This document shows positions 49,401 to 63,200 of a stretch of DNA of 64,000 bases, one piece after another. This DNA comes from the human T2T-CHM13v2.0 reference genome, Homo sapiens. Position 1 is the first letter of the stretch. The number at the start of each line of letters is the position of its first letter. The notes under the pieces are model-generated. The model had not been told where the DNA came from and made no database searches. It was given only the letters and a program-made list of their open reading frames with translations. Made by a program: the position numbers and the translations under genes. The stretch lies in NCBI RefSeq assembly GCF_009914755.1, contig NC_060929.1. One strand, given 5' to 3'.

Positions 49401-50357
49401 CTATGAGGATGGTAAGAGATAAGCAAAACCTAAGAATTCACTTAATATGTATCAAGCTCTTTAAGATTAAAAAAAAGACACAAAAACTTCAACATAAGAA
49501 ACTTCAATATTTAAAAAACAATAGAAAGGGGCAAGTTGTGCTATTTAACTTTGTCATTTCCTCTTCAGCAAATTCTAAGTTCTAAAATGGAATTTTGGCT
49601 TATAAGAGCATGTAAAGATGAACTAAAAAGGACCACAGATAATGGTACTATGCAAGGTCAATTAAAGATTGACCTAAAAAGGATTACTGATGATGACCAC
49701 ACAAAATAGACATATCCATAAGTGCTATTGTGTTTTTCTATCATATTTTAAGAAAACAAATCAAAAGAAGAACCACTTTAGCATGTTAATAACTGAAAAG
49801 CACACAAATGTCTTGGTTTCCCCAGTACACGTCTGGAACACTAATTATGAGGTTTTAGCATAGCTCAAAAACTGAATTTTTAAAGTGCTTACAAGTGGGG
49901 TACGCTACAAAATGAAATGTGCTTCATTTTCTAGCCTCTTTCACATTCAAAACACACTGTGGCCTTGCTGCCTTTGCACAGTAAATATTATTTGGTGGGA
50001 GGGAAAAAAACCCCAGCTTCAAACAGATGTGTGTGTTTTGGAGCTCTAACCTTTTCTTCCCATATGATTAAAGCTATTCCTTTATGGACACCACAGGGGA
50101 CCAGTCTCCAGTGCATATTTTAATATAAACCCGAACACTCATGTTGTGTTGGTTCTGTTGTTATTAGCCAGTCTTTTCTGCAAGTTCTTGTCTTCACTAA
50201 TTAATACTCTAGGGCCCCACGTCTTGGATTCTGCACTCGTCACACAACCAGCAACAGTCACATTCTAATTAGAGCAGAGAAGCTTCTAAGCTGGTTCAGG
50301 TGACTGACAACTCCAACTACTGTTTTAATTTGCTTATAAGGTTTTTCTATTGCTTAC

Positions 50358-50466
50358 CTACAAAGTGGTAATTTTCCAGGGATCGTAAATCATAAATGTG
50401 TTCTCTGGCACTTGTAACAACACGCTCTGATCCATTCCTTATGAGGTAAGCTAGGAGCAGCAACGA
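50358..50466 (-). CDS. CLINT1: CLINT1 exon 4, ENTH: SLLLLAYLIRNGSERVVTSAREHIYDLRSLENYHFV(D)
   Basis: ttgcag|TCG and G|gtaagc; 109 nt. Confidence 0.97.
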
Positions 50467-50921
50467 CTGCAAAAATACAAAGCAATAAATGATTTAATGA
50501 AATATATTCTAGTAGAGCTTTGGTAAATGGTTAAAAAAAATAATTCTAACATTAGCAAATAAAGAATCTTCATGCTGGTGGTGAGGTTTCTTTACATTAG
50601 ACTTTAAACACATAATCTAGAACTTACATAATCAATTTGAAGTTCCTCTTATATTAAGCATGATAAATAATTATAAATCATCTACTGGATACTATGTGTC
50701 AAAGACTTAAAAGAATAACACTGATGTTCAAAATATCAGAATGCTTGATATAAATAGACAATAAGGTTTTAGAAAGCTGACTCAGTTTTTACTTTTTATC
50801 TGAGCATTATGGAACTGTGAATTGCCAGAAATTATTTGGTAATTAAACAATCCTATAGTATTTTCCCCAGATAAAATTTAATTTTGAGGTTAATTATGTG
50901 GCTTTTGTTTTAAAAGGTTGT

Positions 50922-51285
50922 GGCCAGGCTCAGCGGCTCATGCCTGTAACCCCAGCACTTCCTGGGAGGCCGAGGTGGGCGGATCACTTGAGGTCAGGAA
51001 TTTAAGACCAGGTTGGGCAACATGGTGAAACCTCGTCTCTACTAAAAATACAAAAATTAGCTGGGCATGGTGGCCCACGCCTGTAATCTCAGCTACTGAG
51101 GTGGCTGAAGCACAAGAATCACTCGAACCCAGAAGGTGGAGGTTGCAGTGAGCTGAGCCCGCACCACTGCACTCCAGCCTCGGCGACAGAGAAACTCTGT
51201 CTCAAAAAAAAAAAAAAAAAGATTGTTACCAAAAAATAATAATTTAAACAACCTGAAGGTAGAAAATTTTGCAAAATAGACATCT

Positions 51286-51324
<39 letters not shown>

Positions 51325-51490
51325 TAGCTGGGTATTGTGGCGCACACCTGTAGTCCTAGCTACTTAGGAGGTTGAGGCAGGAGGATCTCTTGAGCCCAGG
51401 AGGTCAAGACTGCAGTGAGCCAAGGGCATGCCACTGCATTCTGGCTTGGGTGACAAAGCCAGACTGTCTTAAAAACAAACAAACAACAAC
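50922..51490 (+). mobile_element. AluS 50922-51220, (CA)n about 51287-51322, Alu right arm 51323-51490
   Basis: Alu consensus and CA run. Confidence 0.88.
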
Positions 51491-51796
51491 CAACCCCCAC
51501 CCCCAAACTAAATTTTGTTAAAATGTAAATTTGGAATGACTGCTAATGGGTGTAGGGTTTCTTTACAGGGTGATAAAAATGTTCTGGAATTAGACAGTAG
51601 TTACTCCTACAAAACTTTGTGAATATACTATATAATAAATTGTACATTTTGAACTTAACAATGCTTGGAACAAACCTCACTTGATCAGGTATATGAAAAT
51701 CTAGTTAGGCGGAAAGGAGGGGGTGGCAAAAACAAAAAAAATTTAGTTAGGTTGGTAAAACTGAGGGACACAAAACCTCCTTCTACCAGTAATTTA

Positions 51797-52136
51797 CAGC
51801 CATGTGTCACTTAATGATGGGGATATGTTCTGCGTAATGTGCCATTAGGCAATTTCGTCATTGTATTAATATCATAGAGTGTACTTACACAAACCTAGAT
51901 GGTATGGCCTGCTACACACTGACAATCTATAAGACAACCTATTGCTCCTTGGCTACAAACCTGTGCAGCATTGTTACTGTAATGACTACTATAGGCAGCT
52001 GTAACACAATGCTGAGTATTTTTGTATCTAAACATAGAAAAGGTACAGAACAAATAGAGTATTATAATCCAATGGGACCACTGACATATAAGCAGACCAT
52101 CATTGACTAAAATGTCCTTATGTGGTATATACGACT
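51797..52136 (+). mobile_element. Tigger3a-like DNA transposon
   Basis: cagccatgtgtcacttaatgatggggatatgttctg...tacttacacaaacctagatgg. Confidence 0.88.
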
Positions 52137-52906
52137 TTTAAAAAGGAGTTTATCCAAGAATTTTTAAAAAACCAAAAAACTAAAAGCAAATTTAATTTAC
52201 AGAAATTTCAATTATTTCATCACACCTACCATACAACCTGAGGGAATGACACTGAATGTTTTCAGAAAGAAATAACAACAAAAAAAATGAAACTAACACA
52301 TAGATTTTCAATCCTAAAAGCCAAACTATGTCATTTTGGATAGCAAAGAAAAACATTCTGAAGAAGCAAGAAAATATGGTAGGTTATAGAAGCATAGATG
52401 ACTATATTATTATAGAATTCTGCATTATATGAGATCAGAACAAAAGGAATCTGATAAAAAGTTCGTATTCATAAGTTTAAAATTAGAATTATATTTTGAA
52501 CATTTTGGATACAAAATACTGTGAGAATACTATCATAAATTAGGTAAATTTCTATGTCGATGACAAACCATATCAGACTGTGGTATTCATCTTAACTGCT
52601 CATACACTAAACATGCACACTACTCTACTATAGATTCATTATTTTTGATATGCACAAACATTTTAGTAGGAAAAATTTTAAGAAATAATCAACATTTAGA
52701 AGTATTATTAAGAATTTCTCATTCAGAACAATTGTTCATGATGACTAGAAAATAGAACACAAATAACAAATCTACTTCTTTCATGTGCTTTCGATTATTC
52801 TATTCTAGGATTTAATATACTTCAAAATCACCTATGTATATACACCTTCAATTTCCAGCATTTGTTTTCAACATGTCAAGTAATTAAAGCAGACTTGTGT
52901 CCATAC

Positions 52907-53003
52907 CTTATAAACTCTTCTCCAATTCTTTTTGTTGTCTTTTAACATTCGTGACCAAAGCATGTTCATAAGTTCTGGAAATTGTTCATACATAAATGTA
53001 GCC
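52907..53003 (-). CDS. CLINT1: CLINT1 exon 3, ENTH: (K)ATFMYEQFPELMNMLWSRMLKDNKKNWRRVYK
   Basis: ttttcag|G and AAG|gtatgg; 97 nt; phase matches exon 2. Confidence 0.97.
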
Positions 53004-53615
53004 CTGAAAAAAGAATCATTCTTTAAGAGTCTGCAATATATTAATTTTGACAGTAGATGGCAGACTTGTTCTAATTTGGTGTTTCCCTGAAGAGTTTTTA
53101 AAAATTAATAAACTTAATTCAAAAAATTTAGAAGATATGTACTTCCTTGAAAATGTTTTCCCTATGTTTTATACACTACCTGGCACATATGTAAGCCCCA
53201 CTAATTAATCAATACTTTGCAATTAATAATTAATTAAATTAATTAATATACTTTGCAAGCTCTTCATTCACTGGTACAATGGCCCAGATGTTCACAGAAA
53301 AATTTTTTTGTAACTTTCACTTCAAGTTATTTTATATGCATTTGTCAAAATTTTACATGGTGAGCTACAGTGTATCTCAAAACTTCATTAAAAAAGATAC
53401 ACTGTGAGTTTCTTTTTTGAGCCAAATTTTTAAGGGGAATGGATTGCATAAAACTTTCCACATTAGTATCTGAAACTCTCTACATTACTATCTGAATGAT
53501 TATGCAAAATTTATATTTTGGCAGCCAAATAGTTTAAATCTGAAAGCAAATTTCATATTTCTGTGTTAAGATGCTTTGATTTTTTTCTGCACTGCTGAGT
53601 CAAATTATCACTTAC

Positions 53616-53720
53616 TTGGCAATCTCTCCCATGAGTTGCCCAGAAGGTCCCCAAGGATCATCGTTCGTTGCCTCTCGAACCTTAGACTCGATCTCTGAAT
53701 AATTCATAACAACATTGGTG
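53616..53720 (-). CDS. CLINT1: CLINT1 coding exon 2, ENTH domain start: (A)TNVVMNYSEIESKVREATNDDPWGPSGQLMGEIA(K)
   Basis: Acceptor ctacag|C and donor AA|gtaagt; 105 nt; epsin ENTH signature EATNDDPWGP. Confidence 0.97.
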
Positions 53721-54369
53721 CTGTAGAGGAAAAAAATGCACGCACACATGCACAAAGATTAGCATCAAAACTGAGAAACACATGAAAACTTAATAATGAC
53801 ACTACTGGGTGTCCTAATGAGCTACCTCTACAGGATGGGAGAGAAAACATCTTTTGTGCACAAGCTACCCCAAGGACACTATGTAACACACTTAAGTTAT
53901 CTTTAAGCAGATTTTACTATACCATTAGCCTTCAAGAATACAGATGAGAGATTACATTAGAGCTGGCATTAAGTCCAGTAAAAAATGGCTGAAGGTCAAA
54001 TTAAAAAAAACAAAAACAAAAACTGAACATGCTGGAGTCTATTATAAAACTAAGTTGTCAGTTTCTTGACCAGATCTGGTTTACATGCAATGCAGGCTTA
54101 TGTTTCCTGCTTATAGAAATTCTATAAATTAGGCAAAATTATGTAACAGCTGAACAGTATCTATATCACATTTTTAAAAGAATAAATCAAAGATATCTAC
54201 AGATGTTTAGAACCACTATAAACACTGAACTGTGATCCTTGAGTCTTTTTTCATTTACTCTATCATATGCACTTCTATGTCATATATTCACTGTAACCCT
54301 CACTTTTACTGGCTGCATAATATTCCATCAGGAGATTGTACGATGGACACTTAACTTTCCCTTAGGTCT

Positions 54370-54835
54370 TCAGCAATGATCAAGAACGTGGGCCTCAGGA
54401 GTCAGAAAGATCTGATTCCAATCACTTACTATGTGACCTTTGACAAAATTATTTTAATTATCTTAATCTCAGTTTCCTCAACCAATAAATAAGAATACTA
54501 CCTCAAAGGCTAGCACAGCAAATGGTGTTTATTTAGCACAGTGTCTGACATATAGAAAGTACTCAATATATGTTAGCTATTATTACTATCAAATATAATA
54601 ACCAACACCAGCCTGGGCAACACAGTGAGACCTGGTCTCTAAAAAAAAAAAAAAAAAAAAAAAAATTAAAAATTAGCCAGACATGTTGGCATGCACCTGT
54701 AGTCCCAGCTACTAGGGAGGCTGAGGTGGGAAGATTGTTTGATTCCAGTAGGTCAAGGCTTCAGGGAGCCATGACCGCCCAACTGTACCCCAGCCTGGGC
54801 AATACAGCAAGACCCTGTCTCCAAAAAACAAAAGG
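54370..54835 (+). mobile_element. MIR remnant (about 54370-54590) and 5'-truncated AluJ (54607-54835)
   Basis: tgtgacctttgacaaa...ctcagtttcctca...ttagcacagtgtctgaca; Alu consensus. Confidence 0.8.
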
Positions 54836-56339
54836 AAATATATATAAAATAACCATCTATTAGGAGTATTTCAAAACATTATGTAATATTTTTATATGAA
54901 AGAATTCACTTCGGAAAAAATCAGATTAAGACATGAGATGGCAAAATATTTGGTTAAAATGGAATTTCTCATGCTTATATGAATTTAAGAATTCAAAGAC
55001 ATTTTGAGAATAAAGACTGCAAAAATGTGACATCCTATAGTAGTATTCATTTGACATCGAAAGCTCCAATTATTACCAAATAATTGTTATAACAGGTGTC
55101 TGTGAATATGGTAATTCAATTCTTCCACTTAGCATTAAGTCTTAGAAATAGTGAAAAATCAGAATTTGGTTAACTATTACATGCATATACCCCACTTTTG
55201 CTATATGGTTTTTCAGTCATCAAAAACTTCTATTTTTAAAATAAGGAAGGTTTGGTTGAAATTGGCACTCAAATCTCTTAAATATAAATTTCAAATTTAT
55301 TACAAACACTTCAATTTCTTCATGTTTAAAGAACAAACCAACAAACAGGTTTGGGTCAAATTTTAAAGGAACAATTATGCATTTAAGTGTGACTTGCCAA
55401 AAAACTGAATCAATCTGGCTTTCAGATTTAAATTCAGAACACTGTTCTACTATGGAAGAAAAGCAAAATCCTATTATTTTCTTTCAAATCTTGGAGAAAG
55501 CTGCCTCCTAAGATATCAATTAATGTGACAAAATAAATATAAATTCCTTCCCCAGGACTAAAATAAATCCACAATCTCCACTGCCCACCCCCCCTTAAAA
55601 ATGTTAAGACCACTAAGGAATACATTTTCGTTAAAATCCAGTAATGCTTCTATTGCAACAGTTTTATGTATAAATGTAGAAGAACAATTTTCCTCCTAAT
55701 TTTATCAACCATGGAACCAAAATAAAACTAAGGCAGCCAATAACAGATTCACAATTTAAGATGCCACAAAATGATGAATTTCAGAATGCTTTTGTTTATC
55801 CTGGTGGCTGAAGAATGCGTGGCTTAGGCAGTTAAAAGTGTCAAAATGCAGCTGTGAAAATGAACAATAGCAATTAGGATTATAATTCACCCAAGCATTT
55901 CATTACCAAGAATGCACTTGAAATCTCTTTGCATTGTTTAATTTGTTGGAGAACAAGATGAAAGAAGTTAATCTCCAGTCCATGTACATGAAATATTTTT
56001 ACCAGAGCCTTCATAAATGCTGTAGATTTCAGAACACTGCTTTCCTTGTTCAAGCGACAAAGGCCCATGGGTCAAATAAGAAAGGTTCTGTTTCCGTAAC
56101 CCTTCACAAGATTCTTAGCTGAAGGCCTGTGTGAGTGCTGTGTTTAGAGGGAGAGGTGGCAGAGAGCCAATAATCTAAGAATCTCCTCATTTCTTTGGTT
56201 GAAAAACAATGGGAGCCATCAGAACATACTTACAATATAGTTATTAAGTATATCCACAGGAGGATATGGCAAACATAAAACAAAAAAATAACAGAACGCT
56301 TACACAAAGAAACCAGATCTATTAGAAGTTATTTTCCAG

Positions 56340-56604
56340 GCCAGGTGCAGTGGCTCCTATCTGTAATCCCCAGCACTTTGGGAGGATGAGGCAGGTGGAT
56401 TGCTTGAGCCTAGAAGTTCGATACCAGCCTGGCCAACATGGCAAAACTCCATCACTACAAAAAATACAAAAATTTGCTGGGCGTGGTAGCGTGTACCTGT
56501 GGTCCCAGCTTCTCAGGACGCTGAGGTGGGAGGACTGCATAAGCCCAGGAGGTTGAGGCTACAGAGAACAAGACCCTGTCTCCCACTCCCCTCCCCCAAA
56601 AAAA
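56340..56604 (+). mobile_element. AluJ with an internal deletion in the right arm
   Basis: TSD aagttattttcca / aagctattttcca. Confidence 0.88.
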
Positions 56605-58220
56605 GCTATTTTCCAATGAAGCTGTTGCTTTCAGAAACTGCAAAGAACCCCCTCAAGATGAGATTTGATGGCATAAAGAATTCCAAGACAAAGTATTTTA
56701 AGCTTCAACTAATTCAGAAACAAATGTAAACTAAAAACAACACTGTATGGTTTGGCCTTATTCCAGGTCATTTAAAAATAACTATTTCTAAAAAGGTAGA
56801 AATGGCATTTTAATCCTTCCTTTCTCATGTTTTCTACTGCCCTCAATCTATGCCCTACCCATAATTCCAGTGACCTTTTTTAAAAAAGAAAACAATCCCT
56901 CCGTGTTAAAAATAAAAATAAAAATTATGTCCAGATTTGAAAGGAAAAAAATGGCTAGTTTAATTCTGAAAACTTCTGACACAAATGTTTTAAGAATATA
57001 TCACAGACGCTAGAGGGGGCACTCTCAACGGTTTCTTAAACACACACACAACAATCCAGACAAAGGTCTAGAATTTGATCTGCAAACAAAATTACAGAAA
57101 AAGACACCGCCCCTCCCCAATAAATTTCATACCATTTAAACTAACACTACAGTCAAACAAGTGACTTACGGACTTTCACCAATCCTAAATTGAGATTCCT
57201 AACTTGAAATTTTAAAAAATTATCTCTTTACACTTAGTTGTTGTTTTTTTTAAAGTACCGGCAACCATTATTATGACCTTCTGTTGAAGGCTCAAAGTCT
57301 TTGGATACAGGCTTTTCTACTTACATTTCCTTTCATGTAATTATCATTATAACACTTAAAGGTAACCAAGAATACTTTGATAACACCAAAAAAATTTTCT
57401 GTATATTATTTTAAACCAGTCTGACAGTAATACCAAAAGAAAACTTGACCCACAAAATATCTAATGATTTTTAACATTTCTGCTGTCACCATCAATAACT
57501 ACCTTTTATTTCCAGATTTTTATCTGTATTTAATTTCTGCAAACATAAACAGACATGAGATGTAATAATGGAGGGAAAGTAAAAGAAGAAAAATAACTTT
57601 AAGAAATGCTGCTGTTTCACAAGAGAACATAAACCAGGAAAAAAAATGTTGCTGTAATTTTTACATTTCTTCACTAGTTTAAATAGTATCTGTAATTTTC
57701 AGAACAATCTAATAGTCACCAGAAAGTACAAAATGAGCCCTTCTCACATGTGTTCTATCTAGGCTTACTCAACATATTAACTTTCTCTTTGCTTAAAACA
57801 AGAGTCTTGAAAATGAGTGACTTGAAGAGTAGGTTTCTCTGTCCTGATAAAGATAGGTAATTACTAGGATCACACTGTTTAAATGTAACAGTTACAACTA
57901 CTGGGTAGTTCAGCAGTATAACTGGCTAACAATACCAAATCTTAACGGACTCTAATATTAGGCCAAAAAGAAAGTTAAGAGAGGGAATGAAAGATGGAAG
58001 GAATCACCAAAGAATGAAGAATACAAGAATAAAATCCATAGACACAATCATTATTGTTTATGAAACTGTTTGTTGTTTCCAAAGTGCTTTTACTCATTTT
58101 CACATTTGCTTCTCAGAACACTCCAGCAACTTCACTCTGCACAACTCAGCAACACTGACTCACTAGATCTTTAGTGCCAACTGCGAGAAGTTACCATCCT
58201 CAAGTTTTGCACACATGCTT

Positions 58221-58716
58221 TGATATGGTTTGGCTGTGTCCCCACCCAAATCTCATCTTGAATTGTACTCTCATAATTCCCACGTGTTGTGGGAGGGACC
58301 TGTTGGGAGATAATTTGAATCATGAGGGCGGTTTCCCTCATACTGTTCTAGTGGTAGTGAGTAAGTCTCACAAGATTTGATGGTCTTTTTTTTTTTTTTA
58401 TACTTTAAGTTCTAGGGTACATGTGCACAACGTGCAGGTGTATACATGTGCCATGTTTGTATGCTGCAACCGTTAACTCGTCATTTACATGAGGCATATG
58501 TAATGCTATCCCTCCCAAGATCTCATGGTCTTATCAGGGGTTTCTGCTTTTGCCTCTTCCTCATTTTCCCTTGCTGCTGCCATGTAAAAAGTGCCTTTCA
58601 CCTCCCGCCATGATTCTGGGGCCTCCCCAGCCATGTGGAACTGTGTCCAATTAAACCTCTTTTTCTTCCCAGTCTTGGGTATGCCTTTATCAGCAGCATG
58701 AAAATGGACTAACACA
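58221..58716 (+). mobile_element. THE1 (THE1A/B-like) solo LTR
   Basis: tgatatggtttggctgtgtccccaccc...aaaatggactaacaca; 5-bp TSD tgctt on both sides. Confidence 0.92.
58388..58515 (-). mobile_element. L1PA 3' tip inserted in the THE1 LTR
   Basis: (T)n-atactttaagttctagggtacatgtgcacaacgtgcagg; TSD caagatttgatggtctt / caagatctcatggtctt. Confidence 0.92.
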
Positions 58717-59935
58717 TGCTTCTAGAGCTATGTAAACACAGCCAGTATTCAGTTAGTCAAGGGTCAACTATTCAGTTTGTAAATTATTAGTGTTCATCGT
58801 AGCCCTCCTCTTTATTCTCCATTTTCTGCTTATTTGACTACTTGACATTCAGATAATATCAAATTATTTTACTTGGTAAGTTTCAGTCCAGTTTTTAGAG
58901 GTAGAATTGATTAAAAGCTAAAATGAGGCTTTTACTTACAGGCAGTCAATACTTCTTATCTACATTAAGAATCATCAGTAAAATAATTAACAAGAAAAAA
59001 CTTGAGCAGTCCTTGTTGGTATTTTTTCCTCTTAAAAGTTCAAGAATATGCTTTGCTAAAACAAAACTATACACCAAGAGAAAAGGTAAAGTATAGGTAT
59101 AATGTGGTACTAACTGCTAACAAAGGAATAAGGAGTAAAGTGAAACAGATTGAGAAGTATTTTTCCCAGTTTGCCTTTTAAATTTTATTCCTTTTAAAAA
59201 AAACTGAAGTCAAATGAATCTATATTTTTTATATGGTTTCTCTTTGTTTTAAGCTTATTGTCAAGATTTCACTCATCCTGAGATCAGGCAATCTTTTATT
59301 TGAGACCTCTAAATGTGTTCTGACGTACGCATGCATACACACACCCATACTAAGATAATTTAAAAGACAGAAACATCTGGAGACAGAAATAAACATAACT
59401 TAGTTCCAAGCAACAGTTTTAAATAATGTTTTTCTTTATATTAATACTCTCCTGTATTTTCCAAATTTTTTCAAAGTATTATATTGTAACCAAGGTTAAA
59501 CTACTAAAGGCCATTAAAAATATAAGTACTGTATCATCATTAGCTACATTTTAACTATTTATAGGCAAGTAAACATCATGGTAGACCACATGAATATTAT
59601 CTGTACTTCCAATATCTTGTTTTATCAGGTTAATAAGTGCAGCAAACAGTAACTAAAATATATACATACAGACTAAAATATGTACACCAAGTGCTATGTA
59701 TGCAAAACCACAGAGAACAATTTAAGTACCCAATTTTGGAATTAATATGATTTTTTAAAACTGTTAGGGATGAATAATTCTTGACATCAAAATCTGTATT
59801 TAAAAGTCACCTTTTATCCTCAATGCCACAAAGGTTTCAGAAAAGATACTTTTATAAATTAAATGCTCTTATTAAGTATAAATCTTCTTAATAATTTTTT
59901 TAACATAAAACACCCATAAAATTAACATTGTAGAA

Positions 59936-60252
59936 TAGGGGTACCCAACCCCCGGAGTTGCGGACCGGCCTGTTGGGAATGGGGCTGCATGGCAGGACAT
60001 GAGCAGTGGCGAGCGAGCGTCACTGCCTGAGCTCTGCCTCCTGTCAGATCAGTGGTGGCCTTAGGAGCGTGAACCCTGTTGTGAACTGTGCATGTGAGGG
60101 ACCTAGGCTGTGTACTCCTTATGAGAATCTAATGCCTGATGGTCTGAGATGGAACAGTTTCATCCGGAAACTATCCTCCCCAACCCCTGGTCTGTGCAAA
60201 AATTGTCTTCCACAAAACTGATCCCTGGTGCCAAAAAGGTTAGAGACCACTG
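59936..60252 (+). mobile_element. MER1B-like hAT-Charlie MITE
   Basis: ctgagctctgcctcctgtcagatcag...ccctggtgccaaaaagg; degenerate 8-bp TSD ttgtagaa / ctgcagaa. Confidence 0.88.
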
Positions 60253-63200
60253 CTGCAGAAGACAGTTTCCTCAGGTAACAAAAGTCTTAAACCAGAAACA
60301 TTTGGTCTTTCTTTTTATGTTTCCATCCATAACATTAGATAAATAGTTTTAAGAATAACTCTAGAAGCTAGATAATGAACCTTGTGATATTCATTTTTTA
60401 TCAGGGGATAGCCTCCACCACATTACCCTTGTTTGCAAGTTGAACATTTTATAGGTTCAATACTCGTATTTTAATATCAAGTTATATTTCATTACAGTCC
60501 TGTGAACAGTATCAAATGTACTGTCAACGGCCAAGAAGCCTACTATTCCTAAATTCAACAGGTAGATTACTTTCATTGTTAACGAAATATCTGAGGCTCT
60601 ATAGAAATGATGTGGGGAGGTGGAAAAACTCATTCGTCCACATGGTGGGATATTCACCACCCATCAGAAAAAAAAGTCTCTCACTGATCTGCAAATGAAA
60701 ATGAAATACAATGCAATGAAAAAGTCTTAACACAAGCGACAACATAGCGCAGTAGAAGAGATAATTTTGCTATAGTAAACATGTTATAAAATAGCCATGC
60801 TGTTAAAGCAATAATAAACCATAGTACTCCCTCCATATTGCAAGAATTCCAATAAAATAAAGTTTGGAAAAGTACAGAAGAAACAAATATCACAATCCTG
60901 GACACTTCCTCTAAAGAAACTCACTCCAAATCCCACAACTAGTAAATGGCATATTTAAAAACTATTAGGTCTTTTAATTCCAAAGCCCATTTTCTATTAT
61001 GTCACACTGTACTAAAATCATAGAATATAATCTGGTCTAAGATGACATCAAATGTAGCATCACAAATTATGCTACAGAAGAGCTATATGCCAAATAAATA
61101 TTTAAAAAGATATATTCTCAGTCATGGAAATTACATTTTCTTTGGTTTTAGTAAATATTAAATACAAATCATCTAACTGAAAGGGAGGAAACTGATGTCT
61201 CTCCTCTTAAACATGTACTTTTAAAAGTAAAGAAAATACCAGTTTGATTAGGGAAAAACTGAAATCAGAGACATCTAAAATCTGAAGCTCTCTTACCCAT
61301 TCTGCAATAACAAGATTTCGGAAAAGAGTAACCTAGTTATTAATACTTAAAACATATAACCTATTCAATCCAATGATATCATATGTATATGGGATGCATA
61401 TTATTTATGGCTTCAACTATGTACACAAATGACTATGCTGGATTATGCATCTTCTGTTTTCCTCTTTACTTTTCAAGAGGGAACTCTAAATTTCTAAATG
61501 CTGAAACACAAAACTTTGCTTTTAAAAATAACCATCAGGAATTTGCACAAAAATATTATACCCTATCTTTTAGCTTTCTCAGTCAAAAAAAAATTACGAT
61601 CAAATGAGTAAAAAGCAGCTTACTACCAGGCTTTGAAGGAGGAGGGGAGCCCCATAATACTTTTTAAATCTATTTAAAATAATTCTGGATACTCAAAGAT
61701 CAAGTTAGTTACTATAACTGAGAACCTAAAATACCTTTAAAACATGGCAAACTGCCTAAGTCCAAACTCTAGCTGCCTGTTCGTATGAGATTAAAATTAC
61801 AGAAAATGCTGTCTTAATGTTCAAAAACACCACTTCCAATTTTTTCCTCCTGACATGATGTAAGACCATAGAAACTGGTATAACTATTTTTAAAATTATA
61901 ATTAAGTTGTCAGAAAATTAAGGACTGTATTCTTTTTTTAAACCAATGCTACTCTCACATCAATTCTACTTCCAAATTCTTTGTTTCATTCTGACTAATG
62001 CTGGCCTTCAATTTCAATAATCGTTGAATCCAGTATTATCATGAAGGCAGAGAAATGAACCACAGAATTGTAATCACTCTTGGTGTTTTAATACTACTGA
62101 ACATTGCTGATTGATATGGCTGAATATTCTTGTAACCTTAATTCAAATTTTTACACTGTATTTGTACTACTTATAGATAAAATAGATAAATATTATGGAA
62201 CTGTTTTATATGTAAGTGTTTTTCAGTTTGAGGAAGAAGGGAGAGGAGGAAGGGGGAGCAAGTGAAACACCAAACAATACTCTGCAAGTAGGAAAATTCA
62301 AAAAGCTGTAAGAACTCCTAACATTCTCGGAAGATTAAAGACCCTTGTGTGTATCTTCAAAATTATGAAAATGGAAATGTCTGTACAGACTGTTAACAAT
62401 CTCCCACATTTATCCATAAATTAAAGATCCTGTGCTTATCCTCACCACCGGATAATGAATACATATCGTCACCAAAGTCTTATTTCTCAGGTAAACTTTT
62501 GCATAGCAGAACACTTCATAAATTTACTGATTCTACATAGATTTGACTGTGTCATCAATCCAAGCTATTGCCAAAGTTGATGTGTTCCTCTCTAAATATA
62601 TGTAAAGTATTTATTTTCTGTCCATGAATTATCATTTTCTTAGACTCTATCACATTAACTACCAGCACAAGAGGCTGGCTTTCAGTCATTTTTTTTTTTT
62701 TAATACAGAAATAATTTGGTACCACAGCCTCAAAGCTGGAGAACAAAGCTAAGCTGTGAGGTGGATGTGAGGGACTGGTTTAGCCAAGTGACATGTTTCC
62801 ATACATGCATGTGAGATCATAACAAAATTATAAATTTCCTGTGTCAAACCTTCCAGATGTTTTAAAAAGTCAAAACTTTGTACAGAAAAATCTATCAAAA
62901 ACTTATTGTATTTCACAAAGAATGGTTTCATAGCAGGAAATGTAACGCAAGAAATTTAATCTGAGCAATTTGATGAGTAGCTGACATTAACCTATTTATA
63001 CCATACTTTCCCTTCTAATCTCTAAGAATATCCAGTACAGATTGTCAGTATTATAAATAGTCTTTATCTAAAAATTTCAAGCTTAAAAACCAGTTTCCAA
63101 ATCCTGACAACTGCAAACTGTACATTTAGGAAATACATGGTAACTTGCTTACAGAAGAGTTTACCTAACATTCCAAGAAAATTTCCAGTATTGGTTCAAT

